A stretch of DNA of 64,000 bases from Nannocystales bacterium (GTDB lineage: Bacteria; Myxococcota_A; Polyangia; Nannocystales; Nannocystaceae): assembly GCA_050633305.1 (NCBI GenBank), contig JBOEGF010000032.1, positions 32,001-96,000 of the forward strand. The letters are read 5' to 3'. This document shows, one piece after another, positions 22,654 through 31,059 of this stretch. The stretch's first letter is position 1. Each line of letters begins with the position of its first letter. Under the pieces are notes generated by a model. The model was not told the DNA's origin and made no database searches. It saw only the letters and a program-made list of their open reading frames with translations. The position numbers were made by a program, and so were the translations under genes.

Positions 22654-24350
22654 GCGTCCCTCTGCGCAGCCAGGCTGCGATTGCGCGCGCCAAACGGCGC
22701 GGTTTCGTCGGAGTCGACAAGCACGTCGACCAAACATGGACCCCCACACCGCAGCGCCTCGCGCAGCGCCTCGTCGAGCAAGCTGGGGTCCCGCACGGTG
22801 ATGGCGTGGGCTCCCATGGCCCGCGCGATCGCAGCAAAGTCGACCGCCGGAATGTCGAGGCCGTGCGGGGTGTGCCCCAAGCCCTGCATGCCATCGGCGA
22901 CGAGTCCGTATCGGCCGTCATTGAGTACGACCCAAACCGCCGGCGCCCCCTGCTGAACCGCCGTGGTGATCTCGTTGTTCATCAGCATGGAACCGTCTCC
23001 AACGATGGCGACCGCAGGACCACCAACCCCCATCGCGGTGCCCACCACGCCGGCCGCCATGTGCCCCATGGAGCCGAACCCCATGCTGACGCGAAACCTT
23101 CCGGGGTGCTCGAAGCGAAGGGCATGGGTCGCCCACACAAACGCGTTCCCAGCCTCGGCGAGGACCTTGGCTCGCGTGCCGTCCACCACCACCCGCTGGA
23201 CGCTCTGCATCACGGCCCGGCATGGGACGCCGCGGCCAGTCGATCGCGCGTAGGTCGGCGAAACCGCGCGCATCGTGCCTCCGCCCCGCGGTGCATCGGA
23301 GGCTGGCAACACCTCGAGCAGTCGTGACAGGAGTCCCCGGATCTCAGCGGTCACGCCGACCGTTTCGACGTCGGAGTACGCGGCGCCGAAGACCGTCGAG
23401 TCGACGTCGACATGAACGATTCGAGTTCCCTCCACCAGTCGGGGATCCCAAAACGATGTGAACTCACCGAGCCGACTGCCCAACACCAAGGTCGTATCTG
23501 GTGCGAACCTTGTTCGGCGTTCGAACACGCGCTCATGTCCCCCAAAGCCAGTCACACCGAGGAACCTCGAGTCGGAAGCGGGGAAGATGCCCTTGCCACG
23601 CGGAGAACAGATCACCCGAGCGTCCAGCCGGTCGACTAAGGCACGTACCTGGGCCGATGCTTCGCGTGCTCCGTGTCCGACCCAGACCACCACTCGCTCG
23701 CCCAACGCAGCGCGAACGGCACGCGCTCCCTCCACCGAAATATCTGCATCGATATGGACGGGTGCCGGGCCAAGCGCCAAGGACGGCGCGTTCTGAATCT
23801 GTAGCGGAACCGCGATGTGGGCGACGAATCCCTGCGGCCGCCGCAGCCCCTCGAGGAGCCGGGCTCGAACGCGGGGGAGTTGCTCCGCAGACTCGAGTGC
23901 GATCGCGTCGTCGAACCACCCTCCTGCGCCGTAGAGGCCACAATGAGCGTAGTTCTCTGCATCACTGGCTTGGAACGAATATCGCCCCCGCAGCGGTGCG
24001 CCAGTCAACGCAGACACCAATATGACGCGACCGCCTTCGGACCGCGCTGCCGCGAGGCCGGTGATCGCGTTGGTCATCCCCGGGCCGGTTGTCGTGAACA
24101 CCAACCCTGGGCCGCCACCGGCGAGGTCGTGTTCAAGCGCCATGAAGGCCGCGCCGGCCTCATGCCGCGTGTGGATGGGATCGAGACCCGATTCCACCAA
24201 CGCGGAGAACATGGGGACCGCGGCCCCGCCGAGGATCCCGAACGCACGTCGGCATCCGATGTCCACCAGTGTCCTTGCGAGTTCCGACGACACCGTCGTC
24301 ATTCGCCCGTCGTCCACATCCACGGAAGGCTGGGCTTGTTGTTTAACCAT
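22650..24350 (-). CDS. ThDP-dependent enzyme (acetolactate synthase/ScyA-like acyloin synthase)
   Basis: RHEAGAAFMA, TTGPGMTNA, GSMGH, GDGSMLMN...LNDG; start uncertain (24302-24437). Confidence 0.88.
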   Translation of the reverse strand: MVKQQAQPSVDVDDGRMTTVSSELARTLVDIGCRRAFGILGGAAVPMFSALVESGLDPIHTRHEAGAAFMALEHDLAGGGPGLVFTTTGPGMTNAITGLAAARSEGGRVILVSALTGAPLRGRYSFQASDAENYAHCGLYGAGGWFDDAIALESAEQLPRVRARLLEGLRRPQGFVAHIAVPLQIQNAPSLALGPAPVHIDADISVEGARAVRAALGERVVVWVGHGAREASAQVRALVDRLDARVICSPRGKGIFPASDSRFLGVTGFGGHERVFERRTRFAPDTTLVLGSRLGEFTSFWDPRLVEGTRIVHVDVDSTVFGAAYSDVETVGVTAEIRGLLSRLLEVLPASDAPRGGGTMRAVSPTYARSTGRGVPCRAVMQSVQRVVVDGTRAKVLAEAGNAFVWATHALRFEHPGRFRVSMGFGSMGHMAAGVVGTAMGVGGPAVAIVGDGSMLMNNEITTAVQQGAPAVWVVLNDGRYGLVADGMQGLGHTPHGLDIPAVDFAAIARAMGAHAITVRDPSLLDEALREALRCGGPCLVDVLVDSDETAPFGARNRSLAAQRDA

Positions 24351-24480
24351 CATCATCCTTGACGGCGTCATGCCGTTTCGACCAGCATGGATCGGCGCGG
24401 CTTGTTTCGCACTGTATGCAACACGGATTGACTGCAATGAGCGCCCACACTGCCCCGGGATGTCGCACCTTTTTCATGCT

Positions 24481-24500
24481 ACCTGTCCCTTAGGACAGCT
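24481..24500. promoter_or_regulatory. Lux-box-like 20-bp palindrome
   Basis: ACCTGTCCCTTAGGACAGCT (arms CTGTCC/GGACAG); TACCGT -10-like hexamer at 24522-24527. Confidence 0.6.
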
Positions 24501-24536
24501 CCCCTTCAACGGCTTCATTGCTACCGTATTTTATCG

Positions 24537-24959
24537 ATGCAGGATGCGGATGAACGCGCACAATTGCGTGTATTGGTCCGCCACAGAGCGGACGCCTTTG
24601 CCGCCGCGGCAATGGTCAAAGCACTCGCTCACGGGGTGGGCTCCAGTGCCGTGCAGGCTTCCATGATCGCCACCGCGACCACCGAGCTAGCCCAGAACAT
24701 CGTCTCGCATGCCGGGGGAGATGGTGAGGTGATGGTTTGGCTCGAGGGCGAGAACATCGTCGTGCAAGCGCGGAGCGTTGGGGTCGGTGATGGCGGTCGC
24801 GAGGCCCCTGCTGCACCGACGCGCGGAGGGCTCGGTCAGGGGCAGGCAGCCGTGCGCCGCATGATGGATTCGGTGGTGTTCGAGTCCGCAAGTGACGGTG
24901 GGCTGGTGGTCACCGCCCGCGTTCGCATCACCCCGCTCGAGAGGTCCGTATGCTGGTGA
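24537..24959 (+). CDS. RsbT-like GHKL protein, probably degenerate
   Basis: TELAQNI N-box and GLGQG present; G1 box DxGxG reads SVGVG. Confidence 0.75.
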   Translation: MQDADERAQLRVLVRHRADAFAAAAMVKALAHGVGSSAVQASMIATATTELAQNIVSHAGGDGEVMVWLEGENIVVQARSVGVGDGGREAPAAPTRGGLGQGQAAVRRMMDSVVFESASDGGLVVTARVRITPLERSVCW

Positions 24960-25585
24960 ACGAACTGCTCGAGGAGCGCCTCTTCGGCATGCTGGTCCGG
25001 TACACGTCCGAACCCACCGCGCGCGGCATTCTTCAGCGGGCGCGGCGGGGACAGAACGCAAAACGTGGAGACGCCAAGGCGTACTTCGACATGGTGATGT
25101 TCGGCGCAAAGCTGTTCGTCGAAAATACGCGCCACGCCGACCTGACCGAGTCTCTGCAGCAGGTGTGCTTCGGGGCGATTCGCATCGAGCCCCCGCGCAC
25201 AAGTCCGCACGAGGTCGAGATCGAGGACGAGCACTCCTCTCGACGCGCCCGACTCCTGGTTCGCAGGCTGGTGCGGGCCGCAGGCGGTCGGGAGCTCACC
25301 GCGGTACGAGCCGCCACGGCACTGAGCGAGCTCACTCGCAACGCGCTGATGTACGCAGGTGGCGGGTCGGTACGGGTCGAGATGAACGACCGAGACCGGA
25401 AGCTGCGCGTGGTGGTGCGCGACGACGGGCCGGGCATCAGCGACCTCGACCGAATCATGGCGGGAAACTACCGCAGCAAGACGGGGCTGGGCCGCGGACT
25501 CCTTGGCGTCCGAAAACTCGCCGACCACTTCAACGTCCAGACGTCGGAGTCCGGCACGACGATCTGCTTTGAGATGCTCGTATGA
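24950..25585 (+). CDS. rsbT: RsbT-like Ser/Thr kinase with N-terminal extension
   Basis: SELTRNALMYAGGG, DDGPGI, GLGRGL. Confidence 0.85.
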   Translation: MLVNELLEERLFGMLVRYTSEPTARGILQRARRGQNAKRGDAKAYFDMVMFGAKLFVENTRHADLTESLQQVCFGAIRIEPPRTSPHEVEIEDEHSSRRARLLVRRLVRAAGGRELTAVRAATALSELTRNALMYAGGGSVRVEMNDRDRKLRVVVRDDGPGISDLDRIMAGNYRSKTGLGRGLLGVRKLADHFNVQTSESGTTICFEMLV

Positions 25586-26148
25586 GGCTCACGACCGCAC
25601 AACGCATGCGGCCCTACCCCGGGTTCAGCTCGTCCGGTGACCTGGTCGTCGTTCGGCAGGGTCGCTCTTGCACGATGCTCGCCGTCATCGACGTGCTCGG
25701 TCATGGACCCGACGCTGCCCAGGTTGCAACTCAGGCCGGCGAGTACCTCGGCCGGGCAGACCTCGACGCGGATGTAGAGGCGTGGATGCACGGCTTGCAC
25801 GAAGCACTAGCTCGGACCCGGGGCGCCGCGGCAGGATTGGGGCGAGCCGAAGACGGCGCGCTGCAGGTCACCGTTGTCGGCAACATCGAGGTCCGCTGCT
25901 GCGGCACGCGTGTCGGGGTCATCGCGACGCCGGGAATCGTGGGGCGGCGGATGCGACGACTCCGCTCCTTCTCGTTTCCCATGCAGGCCGGGGACCGTCT
26001 CGCCATGCACAGCGACGGCCTCCGCCACCTAGACCTCGCGCCGACGCGCGAGTTGCCCCTAGAAAACGCCTGCGACCACCTGATGCGCGAGTTCGCCGTC
26101 GCGATCGACGACGCTTCGCTTCTCCTGACCGACTTTCACGATGCTTGA
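25582..26148 (+). CDS. rsbX: PP2C/SpoIIE-type phosphatase, RsbX-like
   Basis: SGD, AVIDVLGHG, VGNI, PGIVG, SDGL, DDASL. Confidence 0.8.
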   Translation: MRLTTAQRMRPYPGFSSSGDLVVVRQGRSCTMLAVIDVLGHGPDAAQVATQAGEYLGRADLDADVEAWMHGLHEALARTRGAAAGLGRAEDGALQVTVVGNIEVRCCGTRVGVIATPGIVGRRMRRLRSFSFPMQAGDRLAMHSDGLRHLDLAPTRELPLENACDHLMREFAVAIDDASLLLTDFHDA

Positions 26149-26581
26149 CCACCTCGACGACGACCTCGAGTCCCCCCTGCCGATTATCTGGCTGTGGGAC
26201 TGCATGCTCGTACCCTTGCAGGGCGAGCTCAGCGACGCCCAAGCCGCTCGCTTGAGCCAAGACGCCCTCGACGGGATCCGAGCCCGCGGGTGCGTCGGCC
26301 TGATCATCGACGTGTCCGGGCTGTGGTTGGTCGACAGCCATCTGTGCGCGGTCCTGGCCGACATCGCCCGCGCGGCACGACTGATGGGGACCCGCACCAT
26401 GCTCTCCGGGCTTCGGCCCGAGGTCGCGCTCACCCTCCTGGCGATGGACATCTCGTTCAGCGGATTCGAGACGGCACTCAACCTCGAGCAGGCCCTCGAG
26501 GCTCTGAACATTCGCCGCGCCGAGGACCCCTCCGACAACCCCTTCGACGGCAACGTCCCCAAGCTGCAACGCGATGACTGA
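26141..26581 (+). CDS. rsbS: Stressosome STAS protein RsbS
   Basis: LVPLQGEL, IIDVSGLWLVDS (phospho-Ser position), LMGTRTMLSGLRPEVALTL, TALNLEQAL. Confidence 0.88.
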   Translation: MLDHLDDDLESPLPIIWLWDCMLVPLQGELSDAQAARLSQDALDGIRARGCVGLIIDVSGLWLVDSHLCAVLADIARAARLMGTRTMLSGLRPEVALTLLAMDISFSGFETALNLEQALEALNIRRAEDPSDNPFDGNVPKLQRDD

Positions 26582-27287
26582 CGCTTCACCACCCATTCAA
26601 ATCGAGCCGCCTCGCGTCGCGGCGCTGCTCGATGTGCTCTCCATGATCGCAGTTGGCGAGCTGGACATGGAGGCCATCAACCTCAAGCTTCCTCCCAATA
26701 CCGACGCGTTTGGTGAGGTCGAGACGATGCTGCGCACGCTCGCGGCCGACCTTGGCGAGGTGCTGCAAGCCAACGAGCACTACACCCAGCAGATCGAAGC
26801 GACGGCCCGGGAGCTCCAGGCCAAGCTCGATACGATCGAGCGTCAGCAGCTTGCGATCGCCGACCTGTCCACGCCTGTCCTCGAGATCTGGACCGACGTG
26901 CTGGCCCTCCCCATCGTGGGTATCGTGGACACCCAGCGCTCGGTCGAGATGACGGAGCGACTGCTTCAGGCGATCGTCATCCGACAAGCCCGCTGCGTCA
27001 TCATCGACATCACAGGTGTGGATGTCGTCGACACCGCGACGGCCGACCACTTCGTGAAGATGGTCCGCGCGGCGGCGATGCTTGGTGCTCACTGCGTCGT
27101 CTGTGGCATCAGCCCCGATGTCGCCCAAACCCTCGCGCGCATCGACGTCGAGCTCACCGACGTCACCACGATGCGCAGCCTCAAGGACGCGCTTCATCAC
27201 TGCCTGGCACACATCGAGAACATGGAGAGACCCCGTGCCCGCCACCGCCGGGCAGCGCTCGCCCGAAACGAGGAGAACGAACCGTGA
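26574..27287 (+). CDS. rsbR: Stressosome STAS protein RsbR with HAMP-like N-terminus
   Basis: LSTPVLEIW, LPIVGIVDTQR, IDITGVDVVDT, GISPDVAQTL. Confidence 0.9.
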   Translation: MTDASPPIQIEPPRVAALLDVLSMIAVGELDMEAINLKLPPNTDAFGEVETMLRTLAADLGEVLQANEHYTQQIEATARELQAKLDTIERQQLAIADLSTPVLEIWTDVLALPIVGIVDTQRSVEMTERLLQAIVIRQARCVIIDITGVDVVDTATADHFVKMVRAAAMLGAHCVVCGISPDVAQTLARIDVELTDVTTMRSLKDALHHCLAHIENMERPRARHRRAALARNEENEP

Positions 27288-27742
27288 CATGTACCCGTGG
27301 AAACATCGACAATCTCTACTTCGTGCGCTGGATTCAACCTGAGGTCTCCGATGCCGTCGCGATCGTGGACGACATCCGAGCCTTGCGACGGTCCTCGGAG
27401 CAGGCTCTGCACTACTTCGCGATCATCGGCCCCGACGTCGACCCTCCGGGCGACGACGTGCGGGCCTCCATGAAGGAGAGCATCGACGACTTGCTTCAGC
27501 ACTGCGCCACGGTGCACCTCGTGATCGAAGGCAAAGGGTTTCGCAGGGCGATGGCACGAAGTATCGGGACGGGCATCTTCTTGCTCTCCAAAAACCGGGG
27601 TCGCACGTTCGCCCACGACCGCGTCGAAGATGCGCTCGCGCGCGCAGGGCTTTCGAGCACGGAGGTCGAGTCGGTCCGCGCCAAGGCGGCGAGCCGGGGC
27701 CTGCTCAACGATGCCGCGGCCGAAGCGGCGCCGCCCAACTAA
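27284..27742 (+). CDS. Uncharacterised small protein (STAS/SEC14-like), paralogue of 20177..20605
   Basis: GTG overlaps the rsbR stop; shares motifs with the 20177 protein. Confidence 0.75.
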   Translation: MTCTRGNIDNLYFVRWIQPEVSDAVAIVDDIRALRRSSEQALHYFAIIGPDVDPPGDDVRASMKESIDDLLQHCATVHLVIEGKGFRRAMARSIGTGIFLLSKNRGRTFAHDRVEDALARAGLSSTEVESVRAKAASRGLLNDAAAEAAPPN

Positions 27743-27810
27743 TCCAGCATCCACGCCCCGCGCCATCTCGCGGCACCCGGGGCAAGACATGGTGCAGGAC
27801 AGCAGTAGGC

Positions 27811-29505
27811 TCAACCGCAGTCGACGTCGACATCCGCCAGGCCGCCACGACTCCGGATGACGAGAATGTCGGTGCAGTCGTCCGCGTCCAAGGCCGTGTT
27901 CTTGGCCCGCAGCCGATCGTTGTTGCGGAACGTCTCGTTGTTGGCCAGCCCCTCGACGTTGCGAAGCTCTGACCCGCGCGCATCGACGTCGGTCAGGACC
28001 TCGTGCAACTCGAGTCCATCGAGGTTTCGGACGCCGGAGTCCTCAAGCGTGAGCGACGTCAGGCGCTCCCACGTTGCCACGAACGCGACGCTGCGCAGCG
28101 GGTTCCCCGAGACATCGATCGACTCCATGTCCGTGAGACTGGCCAAGGGGGAGAGGTCCTCGACGCCCGTATTGGCTAGCGCGAGGCTCTGAAGCCGTGC
28201 TCCAGCGGCGATCTGCTCGACGTTCTCTGCCGACACGGGCGTTCCGGACAAGTCGAGCGCTTCGAGCGTCGGAAGCTCGGCGACCACGGCGAGCGAGGTC
28301 TGCCCCGCATCTGCGTAGATGATCCTGCGCAACACCTCTCGTCCCGCGAGACCGGAGAGGTCGAGCGTTTGCCCTGCCCCTCCCGCCGCAAGCTGCCCCA
28401 GCAGCGGCAACGTCGCGACCGCATCCACGGAGGTCACCGACGGGTTCTGACGCAGGTCCAAGTTGCGCAGCTCCGGTAGGCCCTCGACCGCCGAGATATC
28501 CGAGAGTTCGTTCTGAGCGACGGTGAGCCGGCGCAGACTCACCAGAGTCTCCACGCCTGCGAGCGAGACCAGGCGGTTATTCCCCAGAGACAGGGTCACC
28601 AAGTTCAGCAAGCCCGCGACCTCGGCCGTCGTGCTGACCTGGTTGTCGTTGGCGGAGATCTCAATGAGCCCTGGTTTGTCCTGGACGCCGTCGAGAGTGG
28701 TCAACGCGTTTCCACTGACTTCGAGTTCGACCAGTCCCGTCGCGCTTCGTAGCGGCACGAGAGACGTGATCTCGTTGGCATCGAGATCGAGATAGCGGAG
28801 CTCGCTTAGACCATCGAGGCCGTCGATGTTCGACAGCGCGTTGTCGGCCAGCGACAAAGAGACGAGCTGGTCCAAGCTCCCCAGCGCGGACACATCCGTG
28901 ATCTCGTTGCGCGACAGCATGAGGTTGGTCAGTCCGCTCAGCCCGGCCAACGGAGAAAGGTCGCTAACCGCGTTGCTCGACGCGTCGAGTCCTGTCAGCG
29001 TCTGAATCGAAGCGAGCGGTGACAGGTCGGAGATACCGTTCCCGTCAATTGCGACAACCTCGAGCCTCTCGAAGCCCTGCAACGCGGTGAGGTCGGTGAG
29101 TTCGTTGTTCGACAGCTCGAGCTGCCGGATTCCCGAGAGGTCCTCGAGCGGTGAGAGGTCCGTGATGGCGTTGCCGGAGAGGCCGAGGGTTTCCAGGCGT
29201 AGCCCGCACTCCAGACCGCGAAGGTCTGTGATGCCAAGGTCGGTGGCCCGCAGACCGGTGAGTTTCTGGAGTTCCTGCGCGAGCACGACGGGCGGCGGCT
29301 CTTCCTCGGCGTCCTCGGGTGGCTCGGGCTGCGGGAGGACTGATTCGAGCAACGCACGAAGGGCGGGATCGGGGACCTCGACCTCCCCGACGCACAACGC
29401 GACCTCGTCGTCGTTCGAAAGGATGTAGCCATCGCCGGGCACCTCCTCGGCGCAACCGACCGATGCGAGCAACAAGCAAACAGCCGCACAAAGCCCCCCT
29501 CTCAT
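27811..29505 (-). CDS. Internalin-like leucine-rich-repeat lipoprotein
   Basis: Lipobox SVGC; DPALR cap; many 22-aa LxxLxLxxNxIxDLSPL repeats. Confidence 0.9.
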   Translation of the reverse strand: MRGGLCAAVCLLLASVGCAEEVPGDGYILSNDDEVALCVGEVEVPDPALRALLESVLPQPEPPEDAEEEPPPVVLAQELQKLTGLRATDLGITDLRGLECGLRLETLGLSGNAITDLSPLEDLSGIRQLELSNNELTDLTALQGFERLEVVAIDGNGISDLSPLASIQTLTGLDASSNAVSDLSPLAGLSGLTNLMLSRNEITDVSALGSLDQLVSLSLADNALSNIDGLDGLSELRYLDLDANEITSLVPLRSATGLVELEVSGNALTTLDGVQDKPGLIEISANDNQVSTTAEVAGLLNLVTLSLGNNRLVSLAGVETLVSLRRLTVAQNELSDISAVEGLPELRNLDLRQNPSVTSVDAVATLPLLGQLAAGGAGQTLDLSGLAGREVLRRIIYADAGQTSLAVVAELPTLEALDLSGTPVSAENVEQIAAGARLQSLALANTGVEDLSPLASLTDMESIDVSGNPLRSVAFVATWERLTSLTLEDSGVRNLDGLELHEVLTDVDARGSELRNVEGLANNETFRNNDRLRAKNTALDADDCTDILVIRSRGGLADVDVDCG

Positions 29506-29724
29506 CGCAAGGACGCTACCACGCGTCGTATCCGGAGCTCACTGCGGTCCTCGCCAAGCGGCGCGCAAAGAGCCCCCGCGCCAGCGTCGGTTCGCGGGGC
29601 GGCGGCCCGGCCCGACGGAGCGAGACCGTGGCACAACGAAAAGAGGCCTGCGACACTCGCAGACCTCTCGGTTCGGCCCCTCATTGGCCGTGCGGCGCCC
29701 GAGCACCGCCACATCGTCGTCCCC

Positions 29725-31059
29725 TCAGCCTTCGGCCGCCGGGGGTGCCAACGCCTTGAACAGCTCCGTGCGCTCCTTGTGGACCTGCTTGAAGCTTGCG
29801 TCCGAGATCACATAGAACCATTTGTCGAACCGAAGACGCAGCTTCGCAGCCTTCTCCGCGCCCAGGCGAGCGGCCTCTTCATCGATCACGGGAGCGGGTG
29901 CAGGCGGCTCCCCTTCGGCCGCAGGCTCGGCGGGCGGGGCCGCGGTTGTGGCGGCCTGGTCGAGCGTCCCGTCGTAGCGAACGTCCACGAACATGTAGCG
30001 ATTCGCGGTCTTGCCCTCCTCCCCTTCTCCTCCGCCAGCGGCGCCTTCATCCGGACCCCCTGCGGTGAGAGCGGTTCCGGAGTCGAACGTGACCTCACCG
30101 AAGTACAGCGTGTACACGATGCCGCCCTTGGTGATGATCGACGCCTGGCCTTCGTTGCCAAACAGCTGACGTCCGTCGGGCGTGACAAAGAAGCCCTTGG
30201 ACTGTAGCGCCGGAAGCGTCAGGACCTCAGGTCGAGGGCGGACACCGACGATCTTGACGTTGGCCGCCGAGGTGACCATCTGTCGAACCTTGCTGGCGTC
30301 GAGTTCCGTGCCCTCAGGCGCGAGCGTGGGCGCGACCGCAGCCCAGGCGTCTTTCCCGTCGGCGCCCGGCTTCAGCGCGGCCACGACCGGGTTGGAACCC
30401 ATGACCTTGCCTTGCGCCTCGTCGACCGAGTACGGGTCGTAGACGACCTGCACGATGTCGTCTTTCTCGACGTGCAACAGGTCCTTTTCGATCCAGTCGC
30501 CGAAGTCGGTCGACACATCGAGGGTCAGCTTCGCGCCGTAGACCCGCTTTTCCTCGGGCAGGCGAACGTAGTAGACGCCCTGTTTGCCCTCAGGCTGCTT
30601 GCCGACGATCACATCGACCAAGACCGTGCCCGAAGCATCCTTGATGGTGATGCGCTGGCCTTTCTCGTCGCCCTTGCCCTCGGTCCCCTCGGGATCGAGC
30701 ACACCAAAGTTGGCGTGCTCCTCCACCTTGTCGCCGTAGTAGACGTCCTTTTTGACGTCGATGAACGATGCGGCAGCCTTGCCCATGCGTTCCGTACCGT
30801 CCGCCGGGTAGTCGTTGTGGCTGGGGATCACCCACAAGCCGGCCTTTTGCTCGACGGCAAACCGGGCCACGGTCGCCTGGTCCTCGTCCCACGACACCAC
30901 GGACAACGACGTCGCGAGGGCGGGGTCCGAGAACGCTGAGAAGAGCACCTCACCGGTGTCTTCGAACTGCGCCTGGGGCAGGTTCTTGGGCCGCATCGAC
31001 CACGCACCGCCTGCGGTACCCAGCGCGATGGCGACCACCATGATGGTTGCGCGGTTCAT
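29725..31059 (-). CDS. DUF4340-like membrane-anchored protein of Gld-type ABC operon
   Basis: N-terminal anchor, WVIPSHNDYPAD, YYVR; last gene of the ABC operon. Confidence 0.7.
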   Translation of the reverse strand: MNRATIMVVAIALGTAGGAWSMRPKNLPQAQFEDTGEVLFSAFSDPALATSLSVVSWDEDQATVARFAVEQKAGLWVIPSHNDYPADGTERMGKAAASFIDVKKDVYYGDKVEEHANFGVLDPEGTEGKGDEKGQRITIKDASGTVLVDVIVGKQPEGKQGVYYVRLPEEKRVYGAKLTLDVSTDFGDWIEKDLLHVEKDDIVQVVYDPYSVDEAQGKVMGSNPVVAALKPGADGKDAWAAVAPTLAPEGTELDASKVRQMVTSAANVKIVGVRPRPEVLTLPALQSKGFFVTPDGRQLFGNEGQASIITKGGIVYTLYFGEVTFDSGTALTAGGPDEGAAGGGEGEEGKTANRYMFVDVRYDGTLDQAATTAAPPAEPAAEGEPPAPAPVIDEEAARLGAEKAAKLRLRFDKWFYVISDASFKQVHKERTELFKALAPPAAEG

